The translations under genes were made by a program, and so were the position numbers. From positions 1 through 64,000 of the forward strand of contig CAWDOQ010000002.1 in the NCBI GenBank assembly GCA_963804085.1: a DNA stretch of 64,000 nt. Reading direction: 5' to 3'. A model generated the notes under the pieces. It saw nothing but the letters and a program-made list of their open reading frames with translations, ran no database searches and was not told where the DNA came from. Source of the DNA: Chlamydiia bacterium (lineage in GTDB: Bacteria > Chlamydiota > Chlamydiia > Chlamydiales > Rhabdochlamydiaceae). Positions 9,664 through 20,581 of the stretch are shown in pieces (position 1 is the stretch's first letter; the number at the start of each line of letters is the position of its first letter).

Positions 9664-10290
9664 TTAGGCAGCCCGACGAAAGGTCTGAAGAAAAGCAGAG
9701 GGCAAAACCTCTACCTTAGCAATAATTTGATTAGCAAGAACATCTCTTAAAGCCGCGCCATCCCAAAATGTCTTGTCATTTTCCTCAGATGTCAAATGGC
9801 GCATACACTCTTTAGCCCATAACCGGACGATTTCGATAGCGGGCGGGGTGTAGTTGACATAAATAGCACTTGTCAGCACCTTTTCCGGATGGATATCGGG
9901 AAGATCAGCATTTACCTGGACGGCGATGTCGCAAGAAAAAAGTTCTAAATAGACCGGTTTTTGATAAAAAAGATCATCCGCATCAACCCAGAGCACAGGC
10001 CGCTGTAACTGGTGCAGCTTCTGGTAAATATAAAAAGGTTTAAAGGCATCATTTAACTCCCAGGTCCCAAAAGAGTCGATCCCTTCAATAACATACTCAA
10101 GGCCATACTTCTGACAAGAGGCAGCAAGCGAGCGCGCCTTCTCCTCATAAGGAGTCTGTTTAGTATAAAATGAGATTACGACAGGAAAATCTGGCAATTT
10201 AAAAGAACCCCTTGTTAAAGAATGTTTTAACAGGAGCCGAATTTCCATGCACATTCTGCAGATCGCCACTGAGCTTGCCCCCGTCGCCAA
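9664..10290 (-). CDS. Putative GT-A fold glycosyltransferase; true start probably TTG near 10197
   Basis: VISFYT, FKPFYI, and VLWVDADD DxD motif. The ORF 5' end overlaps glgA, so the start is probably shorter. Confidence 0.6.
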   Translation of the reverse strand: MATGASSVAICRMCMEIRLLLKHSLTRGSFKLPDFPVVISFYTKQTPYEEKARSLAASCQKYGLEYVIEGIDSFGTWELNDAFKPFYIYQKLHQLQRPVLWVDADDLFYQKPVYLELFSCDIAVQVNADLPDIHPEKVLTSAIYVNYTPPAIEIVRLWAKECMRHLTSEENDKTFWDGAALRDVLANQIIAKVEVLPSAFLQTFRRAA

Positions 10291-11731
10291 AGTGGGCGGG
10301 CTGGGAGATGTCCTCTATGGACTATCGCAGGAGCTGGCTAAGCAGAATCACACTGTGGAAATTCTTCTCCCCAAGTATGACTGTATCGATTACACCCAAT
10401 TAAAACATCTGAAAGTTGAGATGAGCGAGCTCTTGTCTTTTGAAGGGGGCCACTGCTACAACAACACGATCTGGTCGGCAGAGCTGCACAATTTAAAGCT
10501 CCTGCTCTTAGAACCTCACCATCCCAAACACTACTTTGGCCGTGGCGTTATCTACGGATGTCCCGATGATATCGAACGGTTTCTCTACTTTTCTCGAACA
10601 GCGTTGGAGTATCTGCACAAAGCGAATAAACGACCTGACATCTTGCATTTGCACGACTGGCCAGTCGCTGCAATCGCACCTCTTTACAAAGAGATCTATG
10701 CTCCATCGGGCTTTCATGTCGGTGGAACGATGCTCACCATCCACAACTTGGATTACCAAGGCAAGTGCACGCCTCAAGCTCTTGCGCGCATCGGTCTGCG
10801 CAGCGACACTCCTCTTTTACGGCAAAAGCTGCAAGACCCTCTCTCCCCTTCCACTGTGAATCTATTAAAAGCAGGGATCGAATATGCCGATTGCATTACG
10901 ACCGTCTCTCCCACATATGAGAAGGAGATCGAAACAGATCCTCTTTTGGTTGGAAACAGGCATAAATTTAAAGGCATTCTAAATGGGATCGACACACAAT
11001 TTTGGAATCCTGAAACAGATCCTCTTTTAGTCGCAAGATACCCAACAGATAATGTGCAAAAGCTTCTCGAAGGCAAAAGAGCGAATCGCGCGCACCTATC
11101 CAAGCACCTCTCTTTAGCTAAATCAAAAGCACCTCTAGTCGTCTCAATCACTCGCATAGTGCCGCAAAAAGGGCCTGAGCTGATCCACTACGCCCTGCAA
11201 AAGACCTTGAACCTGGGCGCTCAGTTTGTGATGCTCGGCTCCAACCACCATACCGAACTTGAAAAAATGTTCATTAGGCTCCAAAAGGAGCTGAAAAACA
11301 ATAAAGATGCAGCGATCTGTCTGGACAAAGATGAAGCCCTCGCCCACCTAATTTTTGCTGCCGCCGACATGATTGTCATCCCTTCGATTTTTGAGCCTTG
11401 CGGGCTGACCCAGCTGATCGCACTGCGTTATGGCACCGTTCCCCTTGTGCGCTCAACAGGCGGCCTTGCAGATACTGTTTTCGACATCGACACCTCTCAA
11501 AGACCCATAGAGCAGAGAAACGGCTTCACATTTGAGCATGCCACTCACGGCGGCATCGACTGGGCGCTTGAGCGCGCGGTAAATTGTTTTAAAACCGATC
11601 AAAAAAAATGGCAAATGCTGATGCAGCACGGTTTAAAAATGGATTTCAGCTGGGGTAGATCTGCGAAAGAGTACTCTGCGCTTTATGCTTCGGTTTGCCA
11701 AGCCAAGAGCCCAACTGCTCGAGCGGTTTAA
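10247..11731 (+). CDS. glgA: Glycogen synthase
   Basis: KVGGLGDV, HLHDW, TIHNLDYQG, GILNGID, FEPCGLTQL. Confidence 0.96.
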   Translation: MHILQIATELAPVAKVGGLGDVLYGLSQELAKQNHTVEILLPKYDCIDYTQLKHLKVEMSELLSFEGGHCYNNTIWSAELHNLKLLLLEPHHPKHYFGRGVIYGCPDDIERFLYFSRTALEYLHKANKRPDILHLHDWPVAAIAPLYKEIYAPSGFHVGGTMLTIHNLDYQGKCTPQALARIGLRSDTPLLRQKLQDPLSPSTVNLLKAGIEYADCITTVSPTYEKEIETDPLLVGNRHKFKGILNGIDTQFWNPETDPLLVARYPTDNVQKLLEGKRANRAHLSKHLSLAKSKAPLVVSITRIVPQKGPELIHYALQKTLNLGAQFVMLGSNHHTELEKMFIRLQKELKNNKDAAICLDKDEALAHLIFAAADMIVIPSIFEPCGLTQLIALRYGTVPLVRSTGGLADTVFDIDTSQRPIEQRNGFTFEHATHGGIDWALERAVNCFKTDQKKWQMLMQHGLKMDFSWGRSAKEYSALYASVCQAKSPTARAV

Positions 11732-11734
11732 TAT

Positions 11735-11813
11735 ACGTGCCCGCTTCCGCGCCCGCATGCGCGCCCGATCCGGATTAATTCGGGCGCGCATGCGGGCGCG
11801 GAAGCGGGCACGT
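11735..11813. repeat. Family-2 hairpin repeat, copy b (perfect 34-bp stem, 11-nt loop)
   Basis: ACGTGCCCGCTTCCGCGCCCGCATGCGCGCCCGA, loop TCCGGATTAAT, then its exact reverse complement; lies between convergent glgA and pgsA. Confidence 0.92.
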
Positions 11814-11815
11814 TT

Positions 11816-12406
11816 TTAACTTTTGTTGATTGCGCGTTTTATGTACGACCGATTAGCGTAAATATATTCCACTCCAGAATAGAGAGTGTAGATGCAAGTC
11901 AGCAGCACACTAAAAAAACTGATCAGACGAAAGAGCTGCAGGTCCAAGGCCCCCAGAGTATAAGGAATCATCAACACCAAGATAAACAGAGTGGTAACTG
12001 CTTGCAGGACCGCTTTGATCTTGCCACTTAAGCGCGCACCTAAAGCCACACCGCGGAGTGCGCAGAGTGTACGCAGTGTGCTGATAATCGAATCTCTGTA
12101 GAGAAAAAGAAGAACCAAGAGCAGAGGGAGCTTGACAACCCCTTGCGTAAAGCTCAAGAAAACCGAGAGCCGAAAGATGCTATCTGCCATCGGGTCGAGT
12201 AGCTTACCGAGTTCGGTCACCTGATTTTTTTTGCGCGCAAAAAAGCCGTCGAAAAGATCGGAGAGTTCGGAGATCGCAAGGAGCCCGAGAAGCAAGTAGG
12301 GCAGAACGAGAAGCTTAATGCCAAACTGCTCGTAATAGAGGTAGATGATCAGAAAGATCGGACCTACGAGAAGACGCGTAAGTGTGAAATAGAGAGCAAT
12401 ACCCAC
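11816..12406 (-). CDS. pgsA: CDP-diacylglycerol--glycerol-3-phosphate 3-phosphatidyltransferase
   Basis: DLFDGFFARKKNQVTELGKLLDPMADS CDP-alcohol phosphatidyltransferase motif. Confidence 0.88.
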   Translation of the reverse strand: MGIALYFTLTRLLVGPIFLIIYLYYEQFGIKLLVLPYLLLGLLAISELSDLFDGFFARKKNQVTELGKLLDPMADSIFRLSVFLSFTQGVVKLPLLLVLLFLYRDSIISTLRTLCALRGVALGARLSGKIKAVLQAVTTLFILVLMIPYTLGALDLQLFRLISFFSVLLTCIYTLYSGVEYIYANRSYIKRAINKS

Positions 12407-12428
12407 CTGATCACAAGCCTTTTTAAAG

Positions 12429-13487
12429 TCACTTAGAAAGGTTTATATATGCTGGCTCTCTTTCTTGCAACGCCAATTGACCACACGCTGCGGCAATATC
12501 TTTTCCTTTCGTATAGCGCCAGGTCGTCGGAATACCTTGAGCAACTAGAAGATCACGAAATGCCTCGATCGCCTCTTTTTCCGGACGTTGCAATCTAAGG
12601 CCGTCGACCGGATTGTAGGGAATTAAGTTGACCGTGCAGGGATGGCCTTTAACAAGAGCTGCAAGTTCGCGCGCCATGCTAAGATCGTCATTTATCCCGG
12701 CAAGCAGAGTGTACTCATAGGTCATATCGCGTTTCGTCTTTTTGGCAAAAAAGAGCATCGCACTTAAAATCTCTTCAAGCGGGTATTTGCGTGCATACGG
12801 AATGATCTTTTGGCGGATCTTTTGATTGGGTGCATGCAAAGAGAGGACCAGATTCACCTTTAGCCCCTCTTCGGCAAAGCGGATGATGGCTTCTACAACG
12901 CCTACCGTCGACACTGTGATCCTTCTCTGCGAGATTCCCAAACGGAGCGGATCGGTTAAAAGATGAATGGAACTTAAAACTGCATCATAGTTTTCAAACG
13001 GCTCTCCCATCCCCATATAGACCACGTGAGAGACACGCTCTCCGCTCGTTTTTAGAAAACGGTCGATCTGATAGACCTGTTCAAAGATTTCAGCAGCTTC
13101 GAGATTGCGGATCAGCCCTTTTTTTCCCGATGCGCAAAATGCGCAGCGTGCAGGACAGCCCACTTGCGAGGAGACGCACACCGTGCGCCTCTCAGGCGCT
13201 CGAATCAACACAGCTTCAACTAGACGCTCATCTTTTAGCTCAAAGAGAAACTTGGTGGTCTCGCCATCAGAGGAGTCGACTGAGCGTACAAGTTTAAGAG
13301 AGCTCAATTGAAAGTTCTCAGATAGCTTCTGACGCAGCCCCTTGCCGAGATCACTCATCGCTTCCCAGTCACTCACACCCTTTTCGTAGATCCATTGCAA
13401 GATCTGCAGAGCGCGAAACGGTTTTTCGTTCTGCTCGACGAGCCACTTTTTGAGAGTCTCTTCGGTAAAGCTATGCAAAGTTTTCAT
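12429..13487 (-). CDS. rlmN: 23S rRNA m2A2503 methyltransferase (radical SAM)
   Basis: CVSSQVGCPARCAFC, MGMGEP, DIAAACGQL. Confidence 0.96.
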   Translation of the reverse strand: MKTLHSFTEETLKKWLVEQNEKPFRALQILQWIYEKGVSDWEAMSDLGKGLRQKLSENFQLSSLKLVRSVDSSDGETTKFLFELKDERLVEAVLIRAPERRTVCVSSQVGCPARCAFCASGKKGLIRNLEAAEIFEQVYQIDRFLKTSGERVSHVVYMGMGEPFENYDAVLSSIHLLTDPLRLGISQRRITVSTVGVVEAIIRFAEEGLKVNLVLSLHAPNQKIRQKIIPYARKYPLEEILSAMLFFAKKTKRDMTYEYTLLAGINDDLSMARELAALVKGHPCTVNLIPYNPVDGLRLQRPEKEAIEAFRDLLVAQGIPTTWRYTKGKDIAAACGQLALQEREPAYINLSK

Positions 13488-14083
13488 CGTTGTATTACCC
13501 GATTAAAGATATTAAAAAGAGCATTTTTCAAACGGTTCATGTTACTTGAAACCCTTTCACAAAACGAGGTGCGCATAATTCTATGTGCACAGGCAGAAGT
13601 TTTAACCAAAAGCTCACTTGTCTCCTCGCACGAAGTAACTCCTCGCAATAATAGAAGAGCGCCGGAAGAGCCAAGAACAAGTGCTGAAATCGGCATGTCG
13701 AAAGCTAAGCAGATAACACCCTCCCCAAACGCACAAGCTCCTAAAACAGCGCAGTATATATTAAAAGGCCTATTATCTATTTTATTCGAAGTCCAAAGAA
13801 CACAAGCGAGCACAGGATATTGACAAAACGACAATCGTGATAGCATACCGAGAAGAACATCACGCCGCTCTTGCCAATTTACTAATGCATGTTGGTCTCC
13901 ATTATTGCTAAAGAGATCTATGCGATTCGCTAAGTACCTATCCAGAGAAACCGCAAAAATAGCTGAAGCAGAACAAGCCACTATGCACGCCTTTACAGCT
14001 CTAGAATAGGCAACGGGCTCGCCAGGGTTTGAATCAGGAGTGCTGCTTATCACATGCCCATTACCATTTAATACTACGCTCAC
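13484..14083 (-). CDS. Hypothetical membrane protein (Inc-like candidate)
   Basis: 199-aa ORF with several hydrophobic segments; stop codon overlaps the rlmN start. Confidence 0.5.
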   Translation of the reverse strand: MSVVLNGNGHVISSTPDSNPGEPVAYSRAVKACIVACSASAIFAVSLDRYLANRIDLFSNNGDQHALVNWQERRDVLLGMLSRLSFCQYPVLACVLWTSNKIDNRPFNIYCAVLGACAFGEGVICLAFDMPISALVLGSSGALLLLRGVTSCEETSELLVKTSACAHRIMRTSFCERVSSNMNRLKNALFNIFNRVIQR

Positions 14084-14132
14084 AAATTCTCCATTTTTAG
14101 CAAAGAATTGTAACAGTTGCGGTATTAACCGA

Positions 14133-14924
14133 CTAGGTCGTTATTCCACGCTTCCAGAAGGCGCCCTTGATGCACTTGACGCTCCAGACAAGAAGACGCA
14201 ACTGACTCTGCGCTAACCACCAGAAGAGGGCTGCGCAAAAGCCAAAGTGGGTGAAGAGAATGAGAAGAGTCTCCCAGAAGTAACTAAATATTTTTTTAGC
14301 AGGAGGTTTTAGGTAGGTGTAATCGGTTAGAACCCTCTTCAAAAAAGCCCGTTTAAGAGAGGGGTGGCGGTAGAAACGGCAGATCAGATCCAGGCCGCCT
14401 CGAACCTTGTAAAAGGGGTTAAACCCTTTTAGACTATTGATCGCATTGCGTCTGAACCAGTAGCTTTGGACGCTCGGAGAAACCCTACCCTCTTTAAGCT
14501 CTCCTTCATTCATCTGTTTCATCAAAATCTCCGGTGGCGAAAGACTATGATGGATGATCGATCCCGTGTAGAGAAGATCCGGAAGCGCGTGCGCCTGGGC
14601 AAATTCAGAGACAAATGAAAGCGCGTGGCGCGAGATGTAAAACTCTCCGGGCTCAAGAAAGTGGATATACTCCCCTGCCGCCATAGAAAGACCTTGGTTC
14701 ATCATCGCAAATAAGCTCTGCTCTTTTGCATCCGCAATCCGTGTAGGAGGAAAAGTGTGTGTATAAAAAATATCCACACTATGCTCCCTCTTCTGCCCGT
14801 CGATAACAACCACCTCAAACGCAGGAAAATCCTGCGTGAAAATGCTCTCGAGCGTAAAGGGAAGCAAGTGGGCAGTCTCGTCGGTTGCGGCTAGCACAAT
14901 GGTAAACAATGGGGTCTCTTGCAT
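14133..14924 (-). CDS. Glycosyltransferase family 2-like protein
   Basis: FTIVL...LESIFTQDFPAFEVVVIDG and MNQGLSMAAGEYIHFL. Confidence 0.8.
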   Translation of the reverse strand: MQETPLFTIVLAATDETAHLLPFTLESIFTQDFPAFEVVVIDGQKREHSVDIFYTHTFPPTRIADAKEQSLFAMMNQGLSMAAGEYIHFLEPGEFYISRHALSFVSEFAQAHALPDLLYTGSIIHHSLSPPEILMKQMNEGELKEGRVSPSVQSYWFRRNAINSLKGFNPFYKVRGGLDLICRFYRHPSLKRAFLKRVLTDYTYLKPPAKKIFSYFWETLLILFTHFGFCAALFWWLAQSQLRLLVWSVKCIKGAFWKRGITT

Positions 14925-14959
14925 AATGCTGAGTATAGCAGAAGCATCAATTTTCTTCT

Positions 14960-15091
14960 TCGTGCCCGTGCCCGCGTGCGTGCCCGATCCGGATTAATTC
15001 CGAATGTACGCGCAAACGCGAGGGGGAAAGAAAGAAAGAAAGAAAGAAAAGAGAAGATCGGGCACGCACGCGGGCACGGGCACGGGCACGA
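14960..15091. repeat. Family-2 hairpin repeat, copy c, with an internal (GAAA)n tract
   Basis: (GTGCCC)n, GATCCGGATTAATT, spacer with GAAA repeats, (GGGCAC)n. Confidence 0.85.
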
Positions 15092-15123
15092 AAAATCCAT
15101 CGCATGTAAAAGCTTATATCTTG

Positions 15124-16641
15124 TTAAACGTAGTATTTCCCATATTCTGCTATGAGTCTTGCAAGAGGGGGCGTGATCTGCCATACCTGCGTAATGCGCT
15201 GTACGACATCTGTCACGGGCTTGGTCTGAAGATCCTCTTCGTACGAGATGATCTTGTTTAGTTCAAGCTCATCTTTTTCGCTTTTTTTTGAAATTGCATC
15301 GATTAGGAATGTACGCGCATGTTCCATGCAATCCTTCCCTTGTCTTGTAACATTTGGATCTGCACCCCACTCACGAAGCGTTCTGTAAGCTATGAAATCT
15401 AGACGCACTAAAGCCGTTAGAAGCGGTGTAGGCGCATCAGCCGCATTGTAAAATCTTCTATTCGGGTCAGCTCCAAGCTGCAATAAAAACTCTGTATCGT
15501 TGCCTCTATATTCCTTTGGGAAGACAATGGTGCATGTGCCAAAAAGAGCATTGCTTGTTTGTAATCTTTGGTGAATCCAAGTAAGCCTCTCTTCTATTGT
15601 GCCGTATGGGACCGCTCTTAATGATTGCGCTTCCGATACATCTCCTGTAAGTGACAATCCTTTCACACGCTCTATTGCTCTGAAACCATCTTCTATAGGA
15701 TCGCCCGAGAGGTAATACCCCGCGATCACTTTCGAAATACCAAAAGGAAGAAGATGGCCAAGAGAGGCACCAACAGAATCCGCAACACGTGTGACCTCGT
15801 AATCGATCATTTTTTCTACATCATCTCGGGTGCCGAATGGTCTATTTTGTATGCCATCCTTTTTGGCCAATATCTCTGGAAAGAGACGATTCTTCGCACG
15901 CACTCCAAATCCAGTAGCGCAAAATGCATCAAAATAGTCGGGAACTGACTTTTGCGAAGCAAGGAGATTATAGGCAAGTTCTATGGGCGTATCTTGGAGT
16001 GCTGTGCGGTCCAAATAAGAGCTTCTTTCACTGCCTGCATAATATCTTATCGAAGGGTAGGCTCCTTCCTCTCGTAAAGTTTTATACGCTAAAAAAGATC
16101 CCGAAAACACCGCAGCGTGTAGAGGAGTAAAATGATTGTCGATTACTCTCCATCCATCATAATCTGCACCTAATTTAAGCATTAGAGCTGTGCGATTGCA
16201 TGCCTCGGTAGTGTATGCCGGGTTGGCAGCCCTGGTGAGCCACCTCTGCTCTCTAATTACTTGATGTATTCCTAAGTACCTCAAACCCCATTCCGTACGA
16301 ATCAATTCCATCTGGGAGAGCTCTTCCCCAATATATCCCAAATCATTTTTGACAAAATCGACCATCTCTTGAAAAAGCTTTCTTATCTCTTGCTTTTCCA
16401 TCTCCTCTCGCGTGGAGATGGGCTGTCGAGGCTGGGGCTCTTGAGGCAGAGGAGCGGGAGCGCCGGGGCCTTGGATGTACACCTGGCATTGGAAGATAAA
16501 GTCAGAAAAAAGGGCTAAAAAGGCGTCCCAGATCGCCTGTATGCGCTGAGTAAGGCAGTCGCAGCAGGATTGCGCTGGAACAACTGCAGTAGCTGCTGGA
16601 ACTAAGTTTTGAACAGCTTGTAATTGCGTTGATTGCGCCAC
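15124..16641 (-). CDS. Ankyrin-repeat-containing hypothetical protein with internal duplication; candidate effector
   Basis: Two LGAD...TPL..A...LRE.GA.P ankyrin-like modules. Confidence 0.65.
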   Translation of the reverse strand: MAQSTQLQAVQNLVPAATAVVPAQSCCDCLTQRIQAIWDAFLALFSDFIFQCQVYIQGPGAPAPLPQEPQPRQPISTREEMEKQEIRKLFQEMVDFVKNDLGYIGEELSQMELIRTEWGLRYLGIHQVIREQRWLTRAANPAYTTEACNRTALMLKLGADYDGWRVIDNHFTPLHAAVFSGSFLAYKTLREEGAYPSIRYYAGSERSSYLDRTALQDTPIELAYNLLASQKSVPDYFDAFCATGFGVRAKNRLFPEILAKKDGIQNRPFGTRDDVEKMIDYEVTRVADSVGASLGHLLPFGISKVIAGYYLSGDPIEDGFRAIERVKGLSLTGDVSEAQSLRAVPYGTIEERLTWIHQRLQTSNALFGTCTIVFPKEYRGNDTEFLLQLGADPNRRFYNAADAPTPLLTALVRLDFIAYRTLREWGADPNVTRQGKDCMEHARTFLIDAISKKSEKDELELNKIISYEEDLQTKPVTDVVQRITQVWQITPPLARLIAEYGKYYV

Positions 16642-16816
16642 TAAGATCCCTATGTTAAATAAGATTAAATAATACCATTTAAATTTATATAATTAAATAA
16701 AAATAATTTTTATAGCATAATAATTACTTTAATTACCTGCTCACTTAAAAACCATTATGAAGTTAATAAAGATAATGATAAAATATTTATTCGTTAATAG
16801 TAAATTATTGGAGTGT

Positions 16817-17428
16817 ATGACAGCAATAATATCGACAGCTTGCAATGAGTCTTCAAGATCTTCACGCGAATTGGAGGTATTGCACGACGGGCGCCCCGAC
16901 CATGCTAATGTGCCGCTTATTGGCGGATTTTCTAAATGCGTAGATTTTACTCCTGCAGCCGAGGAGATAATTCTTGGTTTTTTTGAAAGTACAGAAATAA
17001 TTGACTTAGCTGCCTCAAAAGACTCCCCGCTACAAAACTGCCCAGCCGTACAAAAAGCCGCCGCGCAACGGCATCAAATAGCGCCTAAAGAATGCGCGAA
17101 ACAAGTACGGACGATCGAAGCGCGGGAAGCTGCCGCTGAAGAGGCGAAGAGACTTACAAGTCAAGTGTTCTGGGCACGCGTAAAAGGGGCTGTGATTGTG
17201 CTTCTTTCCCTTGCTTTACTTGCTGTTGTTGTTTATTTGACGATTATAGGCTGTTCATGGTCCTTTAGCATAGCTCCAAACGGCGTCTACACCGCAGCTG
17301 ACTGGGGACCGTTTTTTCTATGTATATTGGCTACAAGTTGTGTCCTTACAGGTACTATGGGTTTGGGTGCATTTCCTGTTTTGGGGCTCGTCTATGGGTT
17401 AATTTTATGTTTTGGAAGTGATGAGTAG
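16817..17428 (+). CDS. Hypothetical protein with bilobed hydrophobic C-terminus (Inc-like)
   Basis: Part of ORF 16757..17428; ATG at 16817 after GGAG; two long hydrophobic helices. Confidence 0.6.
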   Translation: MTAIISTACNESSRSSRELEVLHDGRPDHANVPLIGGFSKCVDFTPAAEEIILGFFESTEIIDLAASKDSPLQNCPAVQKAAAQRHQIAPKECAKQVRTIEAREAAAEEAKRLTSQVFWARVKGAVIVLLSLALLAVVVYLTIIGCSWSFSIAPNGVYTAADWGPFFLCILATSCVLTGTMGLGAFPVLGLVYGLILCFGSDE

Positions 17429-17444
17429 CTACGGGAGTTGATTA

Positions 17445-17493
17445 CCGATCCGGATTAATTCGGGCACAGGCACGGGCACGCACACGGGCACGT
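17445..17493. repeat. Family-2 repeat, half copy d
   Basis: GATCCGGATTAATTCGGGCACAGGCACGGGCACG. Confidence 0.8.
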
Positions 17494-17537
17494 ATTTGGT
17501 CTTTGAGGGAAATGGCTTCTTAGATAGACTTGAGCTC

Positions 17538-20500
17538 ATGCTGACATTTCAACAGCTGATCCATCGGCTTTCTGAGTTTTGGGAGAAGAAGGGGTGCATC
17601 ATCCACCAAGGCCACGACCTTGAGGTGGGTGCAGGCACATTTAACCCTGCTACTTTTTTGCGCTGCTTGGGTCCTGAGCCTTATCGCACAGCATACGTCG
17701 AACCATCCAGGCGCCCGCAAGATGGCAGATATGGCGAAAATCCCAATCGCGTCCAGCTCTTTCATCAGTACCAGGTTATCTTAAAGCCCTCACCAAAAGA
17801 TGTGCAAAAGCTCTACTTGGAATCTTTGGAAGCGATTGGTCTTAAGCTCAAGTCTCATGACATCCGTTTTGTCCACAGCGACTGGGAGTCACCAAGCCTT
17901 GGCGCCTGGGGACTTGGCTGGGAGGTCTGGTGCGACGGAATGGAGGTATCGCAATTCACCTACTTCCAAGCGATCGCAAGCCTGCCCCTTCATCCGATTA
18001 GCGCGGAGATCACCTACGGTTTAGAGCGCCTGGCCATGTACGTACAAAATGTGGACAAGCTATTCGACGTAAAGTGGAATGATACGCTCACCATCGGCGA
18101 CATCTCCAAGAGAAGCGAAGTCGAGTGGAGCATGTATAATTTCGAGGAGGCTAGCACCTCCATGTGGCTCGACCATTTCAACGACTTTGAAAAAGAAGCA
18201 AAAAAGCTGATCAGCCGCCATCTTCCCATTCCCGCTTACGACTTTGTCGTCAAAGCCTCGCACGCCTTCAACATCCTCGACGCAAGAGGGGTAATCTCTG
18301 TGACAGAGCGAACAGGTTATATTGCGCGTCTTCGCGATTTGGCACGTCTTGTCGGCATCGAGTATGTCGCTATACGCGAAAAAGAGGGATTTCCTCTTCT
18401 TGCAAAAGAGAAGAAAAAAGAGAAGAAACAAATCGCGCTGCCCAAGCTCTCTCTGGCATTCAATCCGAAGAAAAAGCGTGATTTTCTTCTCGAGATTGGC
18501 TCTGAAGAGCTCCCCGCCACATTTGTACCGGTTGGCTGCAGAAATCTAGAAAACGCACTTGTCGAGCTGCTAGAAGCGCATGCTCTTAGTTACGAAAAAC
18601 TGGAAGTGTATGGCTCAGCACGGCGCCTTGCGATCTATGTGCAGGGTGTTGTAGAAGGTACCGAAGACAAGAGCGTCGAAAAAAAGGGACCACCAATTTC
18701 GTTTGCATTTGATGCTGCCGGAAAGCCGACTCCTCAAGGCGCCGGCTTCTTAAAATCTTTGGGCTGCCCGCCCTACTCCCTTGCAGAGATCCAGCAAGGA
18801 AAAGCAAAAGGGCTCCAGATCGTACGCATAAAAGAGAGCGACTACCTCTTCGCTAATTTAAAAGAGAAAGGCCAGTCGACCGCACAGATTCTCTCTCAGC
18901 AGCTTCCCGAACTCATCCTCCAACTTGAATTTCCTAAGAAGATGCGCTGGGGAAGCCTCGACATCAGCTATGCACGCCCGCTCCATTGGATCGTGGCTCT
19001 CTTTGGAGACAAGATCCTCCCCTTCCAAGTTGGAGATGTCACGAGCAATCGCTTCTCCTTTGGCCATGCGCAAAGAAGCCCAAAGAAGATCACCCTCAAA
19101 AACGGCAAAGATTACCTAGGCGCGCTCAAGAAAGGCCATGTTTTAGCAAGCCAAAAAGAGAGACGATCAACCATCGAAAAGCAGATCGCCGCATTTGAGA
19201 AAAAAAATAAGTGCCAGCTGCTCGAAAAAGATAGCGTCATCAAAGAGGTGCTCTACTTATGCGAGTGGCCGCAGCTAACACACGCCTCTTTCGACACCCG
19301 CTTTTTAAAAGCGCCTCAAGAAATTCTCATCTCCGAGATGGTCGAACACCAGAAGTACTTCCCCGTTGCAGATTTAAAAGGCAGACTCAAAAACCAGTTT
19401 GTAATCACTGCAGACAACACGCCCTCTGAGCTCATTCGCAAAGGCAACCAGAAGGTGCTCTCTGCTCGCCTCTACGATGGCGTCTTTCTCTATGAGCAAG
19501 ACTTAAAAATCCCGCTTGAAAAGTTCAATGAAAAGCTCGCGCTCATGACCTTCCAAAAAGAGCTGGGCAGCATGCTCGATAAAGTAATGCGCCTCTCTTC
19601 GCACGCTAAAGTGTTAAACGAAGCGCTCTCTATTGCAGATGAGAAAAACCTTTTGCGCGCAGCCCTTCTTTGCAAATCAGATCTAGCCTCTAACCTCGTA
19701 GGTGAATTTCCCGACCTGCAAGGGACGATCGGCAGATACTACGCCCTTGCGCAAAATGAGGAGCGAGAAGTTGCCGATGCGATCCAAGAGCACTGGATGC
19801 CGATAAGAGAAGAGGCGTCCCTCCCTCAAACACCCGCAGGAAAGGTGCTCAGCTTAGCAGATAAGTTAGACAACCTCTTAGGCTACTGGAGCGTTGGACT
19901 TATCCCCACATCCTCGTCCGACCCGTACGCGCTGCGCCGTCAGACATTTGGCCTGATCAAAATCTTGGTCGATGGCGAACACACACTCAATCTAAAGACA
20001 CTTTTGGAAGAGTGCTCTCTCACATTCCCTCTTCTAAAAAATGATAGCAAAAAACGCCAAACAGCAATCGAAGGGATCCTCCATTTTGTCACCAGCCGCG
20101 CCAAGAGCCTCTTCGAAGATTACGGCTTTAAAAAAGATGAGATCGATGCTGCCCTCCAAGGAATCTGTCTCGACCCCTACGATCAGTTCTGCAAGGTAAA
20201 AGCTCTGCACGCCTTCCGTAAGCAGGGAAACGAGTTTACAAAGCTGTTCGAAGTGTACAAGCGCGCCAAAGGCCAGCTGGAAAAACCCGCAGAGGCTATT
20301 TTTAATCCCTCTCTTGCCAAAGAGAGTGCCGAGAAGGAGCTGGTCCATCAGCTAGACATTCTTCACAAGCACTGGAAAGAGACGCTGGCAGATAGAGACT
20401 ATGTGAAAGCTTTCTCTCATATCGCCAAACTGCAGCCCTATCTCGCCAAACTATTCGACACAGTGAAAATCATGGCAGATGATGCGCACATAAGGGCCAA

Positions 20501-20579
20501 CCGCATCGCACTTTTGCAGAAGGTCTTCTCCTACTTTGAAGAGCTATTAGATTTTGGCAAGATTCAAGAGATGAGGTAA
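17538..20579 (+). CDS. glyQS: Glycine--tRNA ligase, fused alpha and beta subunits
   Basis: Alpha motifs [14 protein letters not shown] and YGENPNR fused to beta motifs [11 protein letters not shown] and SSDPYALRR; this fusion is typical of chlamydiae. Confidence 0.96.
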   Translation: MLTFQQLIHRLSEFWEKKGCIIHQGHDLEVGAGTFNPATFLRCLGPEPYRTAYVEPSRRPQDGRYGENPNRVQLFHQYQVILKPSPKDVQKLYLESLEAIGLKLKSHDIRFVHSDWESPSLGAWGLGWEVWCDGMEVSQFTYFQAIASLPLHPISAEITYGLERLAMYVQNVDKLFDVKWNDTLTIGDISKRSEVEWSMYNFEEASTSMWLDHFNDFEKEAKKLISRHLPIPAYDFVVKASHAFNILDARGVISVTERTGYIARLRDLARLVGIEYVAIREKEGFPLLAKEKKKEKKQIALPKLSLAFNPKKKRDFLLEIGSEELPATFVPVGCRNLENALVELLEAHALSYEKLEVYGSARRLAIYVQGVVEGTEDKSVEKKGPPISFAFDAAGKPTPQGAGFLKSLGCPPYSLAEIQQGKAKGLQIVRIKESDYLFANLKEKGQSTAQILSQQLPELILQLEFPKKMRWGSLDISYARPLHWIVALFGDKILPFQVGDVTSNRFSFGHAQRSPKKITLKNGKDYLGALKKGHVLASQKERRSTIEKQIAAFEKKNKCQLLEKDSVIKEVLYLCEWPQLTHASFDTRFLKAPQEILISEMVEHQKYFPVADLKGRLKNQFVITADNTPSELIRKGNQKVLSARLYDGVFLYEQDLKIPLEKFNEKLALMTFQKELGSMLDKVMRLSSHAKVLNEALSIADEKNLLRAALLCKSDLASNLVGEFPDLQGTIGRYYALAQNEEREVADAIQEHWMPIREEASLPQTPAGKVLSLADKLDNLLGYWSVGLIPTSSSDPYALRRQTFGLIKILVDGEHTLNLKTLLEECSLTFPLLKNDSKKRQTAIEGILHFVTSRAKSLFEDYGFKKDEIDAALQGICLDPYDQFCKVKALHAFRKQGNEFTKLFEVYKRAKGQLEKPAEAIFNPSLAKESAEKELVHQLDILHKHWKETLADRDYVKAFSHIAKLQPYLAKLFDTVKIMADDAHIRANRIALLQKVFSYFEELLDFGKIQEMR

Positions 20580-20581
20580 CC

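Noticed and set aside
14891-15261. ORFs with RARARA/GHGHGH/CPCPCP repeats (also the 5' part of 37305..38141 and 60603..60833)
   Set aside because: Artefacts of the hexameric family-2 repeat.
17538-20579. GlyQ-GlyS fusion as a novelty
   Set aside because: Established feature of chlamydiae and plant organelles.
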